This document shows positions 35,161 through 46,935 of a stretch of 64,000 nucleotides of DNA, piece after piece. The translations under genes and the position numbers were made by a program. How positions within the stretch are numbered: position 1 is the first letter of the stretch; the number at the start of each line of letters is the position of its first letter. Source of the DNA: Amphiscolops sp. MND2022 (taxonomy: Eukaryota). The stretch covers positions 24,924,001-24,988,000 of the forward strand of contig OZ076417.1 in the NCBI GenBank assembly GCA_964187785.1, in the 5' to 3' direction. The notes under the pieces are model-generated. The model worked only from the letters and a program-made list of their open reading frames with translations, did no database searches and was not told the DNA's origin.

Positions 35161-38100
35161 CTATCATTGAAGATGCTTTTCCGCAGAATGATAAAATCCA
35201 TTATTTGACGGTTGCTTTTCAATGATGGCGTGAGTTTTTCCACTGGCTTTGAGGCGCCTTCGTTTGATACCATTTCGATCTGACTTAATGGTTATATTTC
35301 TATCTATCATTGAAGGTGTTTTTCCGCATGATGACAAAATCCATTCTTTGACGGTTGCTTTTCAATGTTGGTGTGAGTTTTTCCACTGGCTTTGAGGCGC
35401 TTTCGGTTGATACCATTTCGATCTGACTCGATGGTTTTATTTCTCTATCATTGACGATGCTTTTTCGCATGATGACAAAATCCATTCTTTGACGGTTGCT
35501 TTTCAATGCTGGTGTGAGTTTTTCCACCGGCTTTGATATGCTTTCGTTTGATACCATTTCGATCTGACTTAATGGTTATGTTTCTATCTACCATTGACGA
35601 TGCTTTTCCGCATGTTGACAAAATCCATTCTTTGACGGTTGCTTTTCAATGCTGGTGTGTGTTTTTACCCTGTCTTTGGGGCGCTTTCGTTTGATACCAT
35701 TTCGATCTGACTTAATGGTTGTTTCTATCTATAATTGAAGATGCTTCTCCGCATGATGACAAAATCCATTCTTTGACGGTTGCTTTTCAATGCTGGTGTG
35801 AGTTTTTCCACTGGCTTTGAGGCGCTTTCGTTTGATACCATTTCGATCTGACTTAATGATATGTTTCTATCTATCATTGACGATGCTTTTCCGCATGATG
35901 ACAAAATCCATTCTTTGACGGTTGCTTTTCAATGCTGGTGTGCGTTTTTTCCCTGTCTTTGGGGCGCTTTCGTTTGATACCATTTCGATTTGACTTTATG
36001 GTTATGTTTTTATCTATCATTGAAGGTGTTTTTCCGCAGGATGACGACGAAATCCATTCTTTGACGGTTGCTTTTCAATGCTGGTGTGAGTTTTTCCACC
36101 GGCTTTGATATGCTTTCGTTTGATACCTTTTCGATCTGACTTAATGGTTATGTTTCTATCTACCATTGACGATGCTTTTCCGCATGTTGACAAAATCCAT
36201 TCTTTGACGGTTGCTTTTCAATGCTGGTGTGCGTTTTTACCCTGTCTTTGGGGCGCTTTCGTTTGATACCATTTCGATCTGACTTAATGGTTGTTTCTAT
36301 CTATAATTGAAGATGCTTCTCCGCATGATGACAAAATCCATTCTTTGACAGTTGCTTTTCAATGCTGGTGTGAGTTTTTCCACTGGCTTGGAGGCGCTTT
36401 CGTTTGATACCATTTCGATCTGACTTAATGATATGTTTCTATCTATCATTGACGATGCTTTTCCGCATGATGACAAAATCCATTCTTTGACGGTTGCTTT
36501 TCAATGCTGGTGTGAGTTTTTCCACTGGCTTTGAGGCGCCTTGGTTTGATACCATTTCGATCTGAATTAATGGTCCTGTTTCTATCTATCATTGAAGATG
36601 CTTTTCCGCATGATGACAAAATCCATTCTTCGACGGTTGCTTTTCATTGCTGGTGTGAGTTTTTACCCTGTCTTTGGGGCGCTTTCGTTTGATACCATTT
36701 CGACCTGACTTAATGGTTGTTTCTATCTATAATTGAAGATGCTTCTCCGCATGATGACAAAATCCATTCTTTGACGGTTGCTTTTCAATGCTGGTGTGAG
36801 TTTTTCCACTGGCTTTGAGGCGCTTTCGTTTGATACCATTTCGATCTGACTTAATGATGTTTCTATCTATCATTGACGATGCTTTTCCGCATGATGACAA
36901 AATCCATTCTTTGACGGTTGCTTTTCAATGCTGGTGTGCGTTTTTTCCCTGTCTTTGGGGCGCTTTCGTTTGATACCATTTCGATTTGACTTTATGGTTA
37001 TGTTTTTATCTATCATTGAAGGTGTTTTTCCGCAGGATGACGACGAAATCCATTCTTTGACTGTTGCTTTTCAATGCTGGTGTGAGTTTTTCCACTGGCT
37101 TTGAGGCGCTTTCGTTTGATACCATTTCGATCTGACTTAATGGTTATGTTTCTATCTTTCATTGACGATGCTCTTCCGCATGATTACAAAATCCATTCTT
37201 TGACGGTTGCTTTTCAATGCTGGTGTGAATTTTTTCACTGACTTTGAGGCGCTTTCGTGTGATACCGTATGGTTGTTTTTTTATCTATCATTGAAGGTGT
37301 TTTTCCGCATGATGACAAAATCCATTCTTCGACGGTGGCTTTTCAATGCTGGTGTGAGTTTTTCCACTGGCTTTAAGGCGCCTTCGTTTGATACCATTGC
37401 GATCTGAATTAATGGTCCTGTTTCTATCTATCATTGAAGATGCTTCTCCGCATGATGACAAAATCCATTCTTCGACGGTTGCTTTTCAATGCTGGTATGA
37501 GTTTTTCCACTGGCTTTGAGGCGCTTTCGTTTGATACCATTTCGATCTGACTCAATGGTTTTATTTCTCTATCATTGAAGGTGTTTTTCCGCTTGATGAC
37601 AAAATCCATTCTTTGACGGTTGCTTTTCAATGCTGGTGTGAGTTTTTCCACTGGCTTTGAGGCGCCTTCGTTTGATACCATTTCGATCTGAATTAATGGT
37701 CCTGTTTCTATCTATCATTGAAGATGCTTCTCCGCATGATGACAAAATCCATTCTTTGACGGTTGCTTTTCAATGCTGGTGTGAGTTTTTCCACTGGCTT
37801 TGAGGCGCTTTCGTTTGATACCATTTCGATCTGACTCAATGGTTTTATTTCTATCATTGAAGATGCTTTTCCGCATGAATGACAAAATCCATTCTTCGAC
37901 GGTTGCTTTTCAAAGCTGGTATGAGTTTTCCCACTGGCTTTGAGGCGCTTTCGTTTGATACCATTTCGATCTGACTCAATGGTTTTATTTCTCTATCATT
38001 GAAGGTGTTTTTCCGCAGGATGACGACGAAATCCATTCTTTGACGGTTGCTTTTCAATGCTGGTGTGAGTTTTTCCACTGGCTTTGAGGCGCTTTCGTTT

Positions 38101-41100
38101 GATACCATTTCGATCTGACTTAATGGTTATGTTTCTATCTTTCATTGACGATGCTCTTCCGCATGATGACAAAATCCATTCTTTGACGGTTGCTTTTCAA
38201 TGCTGGTGTGAGTTTTTCCACTGACTTTGAGGCGCTTTCGTTTGATACCGTATGGTTGTTTTTTTTATCTATCATTGAAGGTGTTTTTCCGCATGATGAC
38301 AAAATCCATTCTTCGACGGTGGCTTTTCAATGCTGGTGTGAGTTTTTCCACTGGCTTTAAGGCGCCTTCGTTTGATACCATTGCGATCTGAATTAATGGT
38401 CCTGTTTCTATCTATCATTGAAGATGCTTCTCCGCATGATGACAAAATCCATTCTTCGACGGTTGCTTTTCAATGCTGGTATGAGTTTTTCCACTGGCTT
38501 TGAGGCGCTTTCGTTTGATACCATTTCGATCTGACTCAATGGTTTTATTTCTCTATCATTGAAGGTGTTTTTCCGCATGATGACAAAATCCATTCTTTGA
38601 CGGTTGCTTTTCAATGCTGGTTTGAGTTTTTCCAGTGGCTTTGAGGCGCCTTCGTTTGATACCATTTCGATCTGAATTAATGGTCCTGTTTCTATCTATC
38701 ATTGAAGATGCTTCTCCGCATGATGACAAAATCCATTCTTCGACGGTTGCTTTTCAAAGCTGGTATGAGTTTTTCCACTGGCTTTGAGGCGCTTTCGTTT
38801 GATACCATTTCGATCTGACTCAATGGTTTTATTTCTCTATCATTGAAGGTGTTTTTCCGCAGCATGACGACGAAATCCATTCTTTGACGGTTGCTTTTCA
38901 ATGCTGGTGTGAGTTTTTCCAGTGGCTTTGAGGCGCCTTCGTTTGATACCATTTCGATCTGAATTAATGGTCCTGTTTCTATCTATCATTGAAGATGCTT
39001 CTCCGCATGATGACAAAATCCATTCTTTGACGGTTGCTTTTCATTGCTGGTGTGAGTTCTTCCTCTGGCTTTGAGGCGCCTTCGTTTGATACCATTTCGA
39101 TCTGAATTAATGGTCCTGTTTCTATCTATCATTGGAGATGCTTCTCCGCATGATGACAAAATCCATTCTTCAACGGTTGCTTTTCAATGCTGGTATGAGT
39201 TTTTCCACTGGCTTTGAGGCGCTTTCGTTTGATACCGTATGGTTGTTTTTTTAATCTATCATTGAAGGTGTTTTTCCGCATGATGACAAAATCCATTCTT
39301 CGACGGTGGCTTTTCAATGCTGGTGTGAGTTTTTCCACTGGCTTTAAGGCGCCTTCGTTTGATACCATTGCGATCTGAATTAATGGTCCTGTTTCTATCT
39401 ATCATTGAAGATGCTTCTCCGCATGATGACAAAATCCATTCTTCGACGGTTGCTTTTCAATGCTGGTATGAGTTTTTCCACTGGCTTTGAGGCGCTTTCG
39501 TTTGATACCATTTTGATCTGACTTAATGATGTTTCTATCTATCATTGAAGGTGTTTTTCCGCATGATGACAAAATCCATTCTTTGACGGTTGCTTTTCAA
39601 TGCTGGTGTGAGTTTTTCCAGTGGCTTTGAGGCGCCTTCGTTTGATACCATTTCGATCTGAATTAATGGTCCTGTTTCTATCTATCATTGAAGATGCTTC
39701 TCCGCATGATGACAAAATCCATTCTTTGACGGTTGCTTTTCATTGCTGGTGTGAGTTTTTCCTCTGGCTTTGAGGCGCCTTCGTTTGATACCATTTCGAT
39801 CTGAATTAATGGTCCTGTTTCTATCTATCATTGAAGATGCTTCTCCGCATGATGACAAAATCCATTCTTCAACGGTTGCTTTTCAATGCTGGTATGAGTT
39901 TTTCCACTGGCTTTGAGGCGCTTTCGTTTGATACCATTTCGATCTGACTCAATGGTTTTATTTCTCTATCATTGAAGGTGTTTTTCCGCATGATGACAAA
40001 ATCCATTCTTCGACGGTGGCTTTTCAATGCTGGTGTGAATTTTTCCACTGGCTTTAAGGCGCCTTCGTTTGATACCATTGCGATCTGAATTAACGGTCCT
40101 GTTTCTATCTATCATTGAAGATGCTTCTCCGCATGATGACAAAATCCATTCTTCGACGGTTGCTTTTCAATGCTGGTATGAGTTTTTCCACTGGCTTTAA
40201 GGCGCCTTCGTTTGATACCATTGCGATCTGAATTAATGGTCCTGTTTCTATCTATCATTGAAGATGCTTCTCCGCATGATGACAAAATCCATTCTTCGAC
40301 GGTTGCTTTTCAATGCTGGTATGCGTTTTTCCACTGGCTTTGAGGCGCTTTCGTTTGATACCATTTCGATCTGACTCAATGGTTTTATTTCTCTATCATT
40401 GAAGGTGTTTTTCCGCATGATGACAAAATCCATTCTTTGACGGTTGCTTTTCAATGCTGGTTTGAGTTTTTCCACTTGCTTTGAGGCGCCTTCGTTTGAT
40501 ACCATTTCGATCTGAATTAATGGTCCTGTTTATCTATCATTGAAGATGCTTCTCCGCATGATGACAAAATCCATTCTTTGACGGTTGCTTTTCAATGCTG
40601 GTGTGAGTTTTTCCACTGGCTTTGAGGCGCTTTCGTTTGATACCATTTCGATCTGACTCAATGGTTTTATTTCTATCATTGAAGGTGTTTTTCCGCATGA
40701 TGACAAAATCCATTCTTTGACGGTTGCTTTTCAATGCTGGTCTGAGTTTTTCCACTGGCTTTGAGGTGCCTTCGTTTGATACCATTTCGATCTGAATTAA
40801 TGGTCCTGTTTCTATCTATCATTGAAGATGCTTTTCCGCATGAATGACAAAATCCATTCTTTGACGGCTGATTTTCAATGCTGGTCTGAGTTTTTCCACT
40901 GGCTTTGAGGTGCCTTCGTTTGATACCATTTCGATCTGAATTAATGGTCCTGTTTCTATCTATCATTGAAGATGCTTTTCCGCATGAATGACAAAATCCA
41001 TTCTTTGACGGCTGATTTTCAATGCTGGTCTGAGTTTTTCCACTGGCTTTGAGGTGCCTTCGTTTGATACCATTTCGATCTGAATTAATGGTCCTGTTTC

Positions 41101-41410
41101 TATCTATCATTGAAGGTGTTTTTCCGCATGATGACAAAATCCATTCTTTGACGGTTGCTTTTCAATGCTGGTCTGAGTTTTTCCACTGGCTTTGAGGTGC
41201 CTTCGTTTGATACCATTTCGATCTGAATTAATGGTCCTGTTTCTATCTATCATTGAAGATGCTTTTCCGCATGAATGACAAAATCCATTCTTTGACGGCT
41301 GATTTTCAATGCTGGTGTGAGTTTTTCCACTGGCTTTGGGGCGCTTTCGTTTGATACCATTTCGATCTGACTTAATGATCCTGTTTCGATCGATCATTGA
41401 AGATGGTTTT
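35161..41410. repeat. Tandem satellite, ~142-bp monomer, ~44 copies, with higher-order repeats
   Basis: Monomer CTATCATTGAAGATGCTTTTCCGCATGATGACAAAATCCATTCTTTGACGGTTGCTTTTCAATGCTGGTGTGAGTTTTTCCACTGGCTTTGAGGCGCTTTCGTTTGATACCATTTCGATCTGACTTAATGG.. repeats head-to-tail. Confidence 0.97.
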
Positions 41411-41540
41411 CCTTGTCGTATAATATGTGTCAGTACTAGATGTCATGCAGGAGTACATGTACATGGAGAACAAGTCGAACATCGTGATCAATCCTGTTTC
41501 CCCAGGTTTCATAATGTTGAAATTATCTTTGCTTCCACAG

Positions 41541-41742
41541 GGTGGTTTCCATATCGATGGTGTTTCTCAACAAGTACCTGTTGAAGGGTGACTCTTTGCA
41601 ATTGGACGCACCCATGTTCATCACTTGGTATCAATGTGTGGTCACTGTCTTCATCTGCATCATCCTCAGGATACTGGCTATCCAGGCACCCAGCTACGTG
41701 TCTTTTCCCTCTGTCGCTGTAAACATATCAACTTCTATCCAG
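41541..41742 (+). CDS. SLC35C1: GDP-fucose transporter, exon 2
   Basis: Acceptor TTCCACAG, donor GTACGT; VVSISMVFLNKYLL...LDAPMFITWYQCVV. Confidence 0.95.
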
Positions 41743-42498
41743 GTACGTGGTTGGCGAAACATCCATCTTATATTACCACCTGCCCATATAGAATCTATGA
41801 TGCGCCCCTTTTTGCGGGCATGTTTAGAGCATCGGCTCAGAGAACGCACATCAAAGTATCAAGTTCACTGTTCAAACAGTTGGTTTTCGGTGATTGAGAA
41901 ATTCACCACCCATTCACATGAAATAATGAACGAAAATGTGGGTAATTCACTGATGCTATCATTGAATATTATATAGTCCCCTGAATTGGACGACTGAAAA
42001 CATTTCATCCATTTTGAAATTTGCAGTTTTGAGGTTGTAATTCTTTGTTCACTGGAACTTAGGGTTTTTGAAATTGCGCTATCTGAAAAGTTCGTGTTTT
42101 CGTATTTTGTTCTAATATATCACAAGAGTAGAATTAAGGACTATGCGCTCTCGATGCCAGAAAAATTTGAAGGTTTCTTGCCCCTTGAAAGAAGACAGGG
42201 GCGCGCCTGTTGTAGAAAGAATGATTGGTTGTGAATGCGCTGCAAAAATGCGTTTTAAAACTTCAAGATTGGAGGAATTTCTCAGTTGAATACTAATCTG
42301 CACTTATTTTGATTTCCAGAAAATTGGAAGCGGTTTTATCATCATTGAAGTCACATGTGGAAGAGCAATCTTCTTGCAGTGTCCACAACGTTTCCTCAAA
42401 AGTACATTCCAAATAATCATCATTTAGCATGTGTTCGTTAATTAGCTACCAATTTGGAGCTGATGTTTCGCTTAGTTGTACCGTCTGCCCCTTTTCAG

Positions 42499-42615
42499 AT
42501 TCTGCCTCTCAGTTTGATCTTCGTGGGAATGATCACTTTCAACAACCTGTGTCTTCAGTACGTGGGCGTCGCCTTTTACAACGTCGGAAGGTCACTCACG
42601 ACAGTGTTCAACGTG
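42499..42615 (+). CDS. SLC35C1: GDP-fucose transporter, exon 3
   Basis: Acceptor CTTTTCAG, donor GTGAGT; [39 protein letters not shown]. Confidence 0.97.
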
Positions 42616-45498
42616 GTGAGTAGACGACACATTAGACTCATTTAGGCGCCATTTCATCCTGAGGAACCTCTCTTTAAAAGATCTGCCATGTGTTCAAAGT
42701 TATGGAATTTCCCAGACAAATTTTCATGAACAATTATTCTAAATTCGTTTCGGTCGCTTTTCAACCTCATTAACTTCCCCTCTAATTCATTTCATTAAGA
42801 AGCCATGGATGGTATTTGGAATTTTGAATATTATGAATTTTAAAACATAATTGGATACTTAAAACCTTCACAGGAACTTTCAGCATAGTATTGGAGATGT
42901 AGTTGACCCCAAAAAGTTATCTGTCTTCGGTATCTTACCATCCATGGGGTTTGTGAGTATCCCTTTTGGAGAACGGTTCTGCGTGACAATATCCTGGAGC
43001 AGTTCATGTTTCCCATGTCCGTTTTAATTCAAATTGATGGAATTTTCCTGAATGTTTCATTCAATCTTGTGGTAGAATTGTGACATGAAACTTTTCCAGA
43101 AAAGTGACGTGATTTTTGTGTTTCAAGTAGTTCGAGGGGGGTTAAACAAGGTTGGGAAATTGTTTGCTATCCGATTTTATACGAAAAGATTGTTTTCATG
43201 GGTTTATGGTTTTTCCATGGCTGTCATTTATGGTTTTTCCATGACTGTCATTTGATCCATTGTTATACATTCATGAACATTTTATATTATGTTGTTTGAC
43301 GTCAAACTGTCTTGTGAAGTAGGTTTTTGGCATCGAAAAATAATTTCATGGTGCAAAAGATTCCTCAGATGTATCGAATTATACATTTCGAGCGTTATAG
43401 CTCATCGTCAGAACATAAAATCTTGACCATAACATTGATATAAAATACCATAGAACATGAAAAAACGAACTGAACATATTACAAAAAACAATAATTGACT
43501 CGCTCGCGGCTACTCAAAGTAATTAGCAGTAGACGCCGTATTTCGAAAATAATCACGTGAAAAATCTATTGGTATAGTAAGATTTTCAGTTAATTAAGCT
43601 GACTTGCTTACAATTTATCACTATCCAAGGTGTATCTTTTCATTGAAATACCATGTTTCAGTACGTGATGATGAATAGCACTCTGCATTATGCTATTTGA
43701 CATTTGAAACTTAATTCAGTCATGCTCCTTAAGGGGGATACATTGGTTAACGTTGAACAAGTCGAGAATGGCCCAAGTCGACGACTCAAAAACCGCAAAG
43801 TCTTTTAAAATATGTTCAAATATAGCAAAACTTATCAATCTCAGTGCCGAAAAATACCCGAATGAGGCACCCTTCAGACAGGAAGATGTTTTTATTTTAA
43901 AAAAAAAACATTTAAAAACCAAACTAACGGGGAAAAATTGGAAAAGATCGCAGTGCCGAAGGCACAAAGGGGGTCTCCAGTTTTGTGACAAAAAATATCC
44001 TGCGTGTCCACTTGAAAACCTTCTGTTGAAGTTTTTTCTTGGAAACCAAGAAACCTACCTTATGAATTTAAAAACAAAAATCTTTCTTTAAAAAAGAAGT
44101 TTCAGAGTGAGCGCGTGATAAAACTAAGTCACCTGACTTCAAAAAGCGCTGACTACAATTGAGATCATAATTCGATTATTTTCATCTGGTCACCCAGGAA
44201 AATATTTGAATCTGCTCAGAATGCTCCGGCAGAAAAACTGGAGCATTTTTCTGAAGTTTATTGAACAGAGAAGTTGCATGACAAAATATTTGAGATTGTT
44301 TCAAAATGGATTTAAATTAAAAATGAGGTGGTGGCACTTCCCTGTATATGGCCGTTTTTGCCGTCTTGATTGCTCTTGATTTTTTCAACGAACCGTGCAC
44401 GACAACTTTGATGAACGTTTCTTTTAGGACAACTGCAGGTTTTAGACCCGTTTTAAAAGTTGAATTATTTCTGAAATTGGGACAAAATTATCAAAAAGGT
44501 TTCATTCGAATAACGTCAAGTCTCTAAGGATCTTTTTAGCTACGTTGCCAGCCGAAGACTGGCTTTTGGAACTGTTTTGGTGTCAATGGCGTCCAGTAAA
44601 TTGCTTTGAAGATGCATTGAAGAGATACTTTAAATTTAAAAGACGAATCCCTCGGGTATTCCTTTTTATTTTAATATTTGCCAGTGTTCGTTTGCTATTT
44701 GCTGAGATTTACGGTCCCAGCTTGGAATTCAATTTGTTCAAACACACGCACAAACAGCAAACTATGTTTCTCTTTTCCATGCACTTGAAATATGAGACAG
44801 TGAGGAAATGAATTACATTTTGAAACCCGTGGTCTGATATAAGGTTTTATGGACCGGGTACATCATAAGTCGGCGCCAATCTTAAGGCTCGAAGCTATAG
44901 AAAAGAAGACGTGTTAAAAACATTAGCTAAAATTCGTAGAAATGTCAATATTCTACAAAACCGAAATGGCAAAACAGGTACAGTATCATCCGCCTAACTC
45001 GTAGCGCTCGGTACTGAATAAAACTACGATCATTGGACACAACGAATTTACAGGATAACAATAGATAACCATTTTAAAGCGGGGGTCTTTAGATTTTAAT
45101 TGATATTTGGATACGGATAAACCGGTGTTTACGCATTAACGAACTTGTACCCAGAAAGCTCAATTCGTGACCACTTTGCTAACTCACCATGTTTTATATT
45201 AAGTGGTGACTCGAGAAATTTACTTCAAAGAAATAACAAGAACGGTCGTTATCCTGGAGATAATGGAAACATCGGAAGTATTTATTGTCTGTGTAATAAT
45301 CTGTCCGTTGAAAGGTTTTTTGCACTTAGACCAGCTCACATTGCATCAAATTTGCTAATCTAGTATTCCTTGTTCCTTGAGGAATATGTTCTTAATGTTC
45401 CGTTCTCAAATAATTTTCATTACGTTTGGATTTATCTCATAGTGTTGACAATTCATAGACTGAGTTATAGTAATTTTGAACAAGTTCATCTGTTTTAG

Positions 45499-45607
45499 AT
45501 CATGTCTTTCCTTGTCCTGGGACAGAAGACCTCTCTGCCAGCTCTTTGTGCGTGTGCAGTCATCGTGTTCGGCTTTTTCTTGGGAATCGACCAGGAAGAT
45601 AAATCTG
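45499..45607 (+). CDS. SLC35C1: GDP-fucose transporter, exon 4
   Basis: Acceptor TGTTTTAG, donor GTAAGC; IMSFLVLGQKTSLPALCACAVIVFGFFLGIDQEDKS; not in the ORF track. Confidence 0.93.
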
Positions 45608-45625
45608 GTAAGCTCTGCTAATTAA

Positions 45626-46217
45626 CCCCAATGAACCTAGTGATGCTTTAAAGCAGCCTACCTTTTCTTCCAAATTCTGATTCCTTTTGCCAGTAGCCCA
45701 TTTTCTCTAGCACGGTTTTTTTCAACAAGTAATTGGTACCTAGATTGGTTTGAATGGCACAAGCATTAGAAAAAGGGAATATATCTCCAAAGCTGAGAAA
45801 AATGGGTTTTTTGCACAAGAAAAGACTTATATTTTCTCAAAATTCAGATTTTGACGAAATGCTGTTTTCTCAAAAGTCTTTGATCAATAGAAAAAACCAA
45901 CCACATACCCTTCCACAACAAGTCCTAGTGCAACAAACCCCTATAATATTCTGTTGTTACTACAAGCCCCCGCGCAGCGGGCCGCACGAAGTGCGGAACT
46001 GCCGCGAAGCGGCGGTACCGGAAAAAGAGACTAAAATTCTGAAGGAAGGGGCGCGCGGCGACAGGGGCTCACCTGACCAAAATGAAAGCCCAATATCAGA
46101 CCTTTCAAACGCGCTATAGTTCGTTCCTCTGGTACGCGTAGTTGTGGAGATATCGATGATTGAAATTTTTTTGGAAAATTTTTCGAAAATTTTAAAAAAC
46201 GCCCAGGTCGATTGGGG
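45626..46217. mobile_element. piggyBac-like MITE, copy 1 (592 bp)
   Basis: TTAA at 45622-45625 and 46218-46221; imperfect 15-bp TIRs CCCCAATGAACCTAG / CCAGGTCGATTGGGG. Confidence 0.85.
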
Positions 46218-46343
46218 TTAACAAGTTGGAAACAAAAGTCTTTTGATATGGTCAAAACTAAGGTTTTCGACACCCCCTGCTGTGAAAAGATAAATTCCAG
46301 CTGTTTATGACAGTTTATAGTCAGTTCAATTTCTAGATGTTAA

Positions 46344-46935
46344 CCCCAATGAACCTAGTGATGCTTTAAAGCAGCCTACCTTTTCTTCCAAATTCTGATT
46401 CCTTTTGCCAGTAGCCCATTTTCTCTAGCACGGTTTTTTTCAACAAGTAATTGGTACCTAGATTGGTTTGAATGGCACAAGCATTAGAAAAAGGGAATAT
46501 ATCTCCAAAGCTGAGAAAAATGGGTTTTTTGCACAAGAAAAGACTTATATTTTCTCAAAATTCAGATTTTGACGAAATGCTGTTTTCTCAAAAGTCTTTG
46601 ATCAATAGAAAAAACCAACCACATACCCTTCCACAACAAGTCCTAGTGCAACAAACCCCTATAATATTCTGTTGTTACTACAAGCCCCCGCGCAGCGGGC
46701 CGCACGAAGTGCGGAACTGCCGCGAAGCGGCGGTACCGGAAAAAGAGACTGAAATTCTGAAGGAAGGGGCGCGCGGCGACAGGGGCTCACCTGACCAAAA
46801 TGAAAGCCCAATATCAGACCTTTCAAACGCGCTATAGTTCGTTCCTCTGGTACGCGTAGTTGTGGAGATATCGATGATTGAAATTTTTTTGGAAAATTTT
46901 TCGAAAATTTTAAAAAACGCCCAGGTCGATTGGGG
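46344..46935. mobile_element. piggyBac-like MITE, copy 2 (592 bp)
   Basis: TTAA at 46340-46343 and 46936-46939; only one substitution versus copy 1 spotted by eye. Confidence 0.85.

Noticed and set aside
35300-41397. Many - strand ORFs beginning MVSNE... or MIDRN...
   Set aside because: They are translations of the satellite monomer. Monomer lengths are mostly not multiples of three and there is no coding signal.
35161-41410. Possible CRISPR array
   Set aside because: Monomers are contiguous with no unique spacers, there are no cas genes, and the context is a eukaryotic intron.
41743-41976. C-terminal extension of ORF 41542-41976 (and similar extensions of 42454-42645 and 49806-50300)
   Set aside because: These are read-through into introns beyond canonical GT donors; the spliced frame gives a complete transporter.
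45754-46837. Duplicated 121-aa ORFs (MAQALEKGN..., TTG-started)
   Set aside because: They lie inside the 592-bp MITEs, use a non-ATG start and show no transposase or other recognisable motif.
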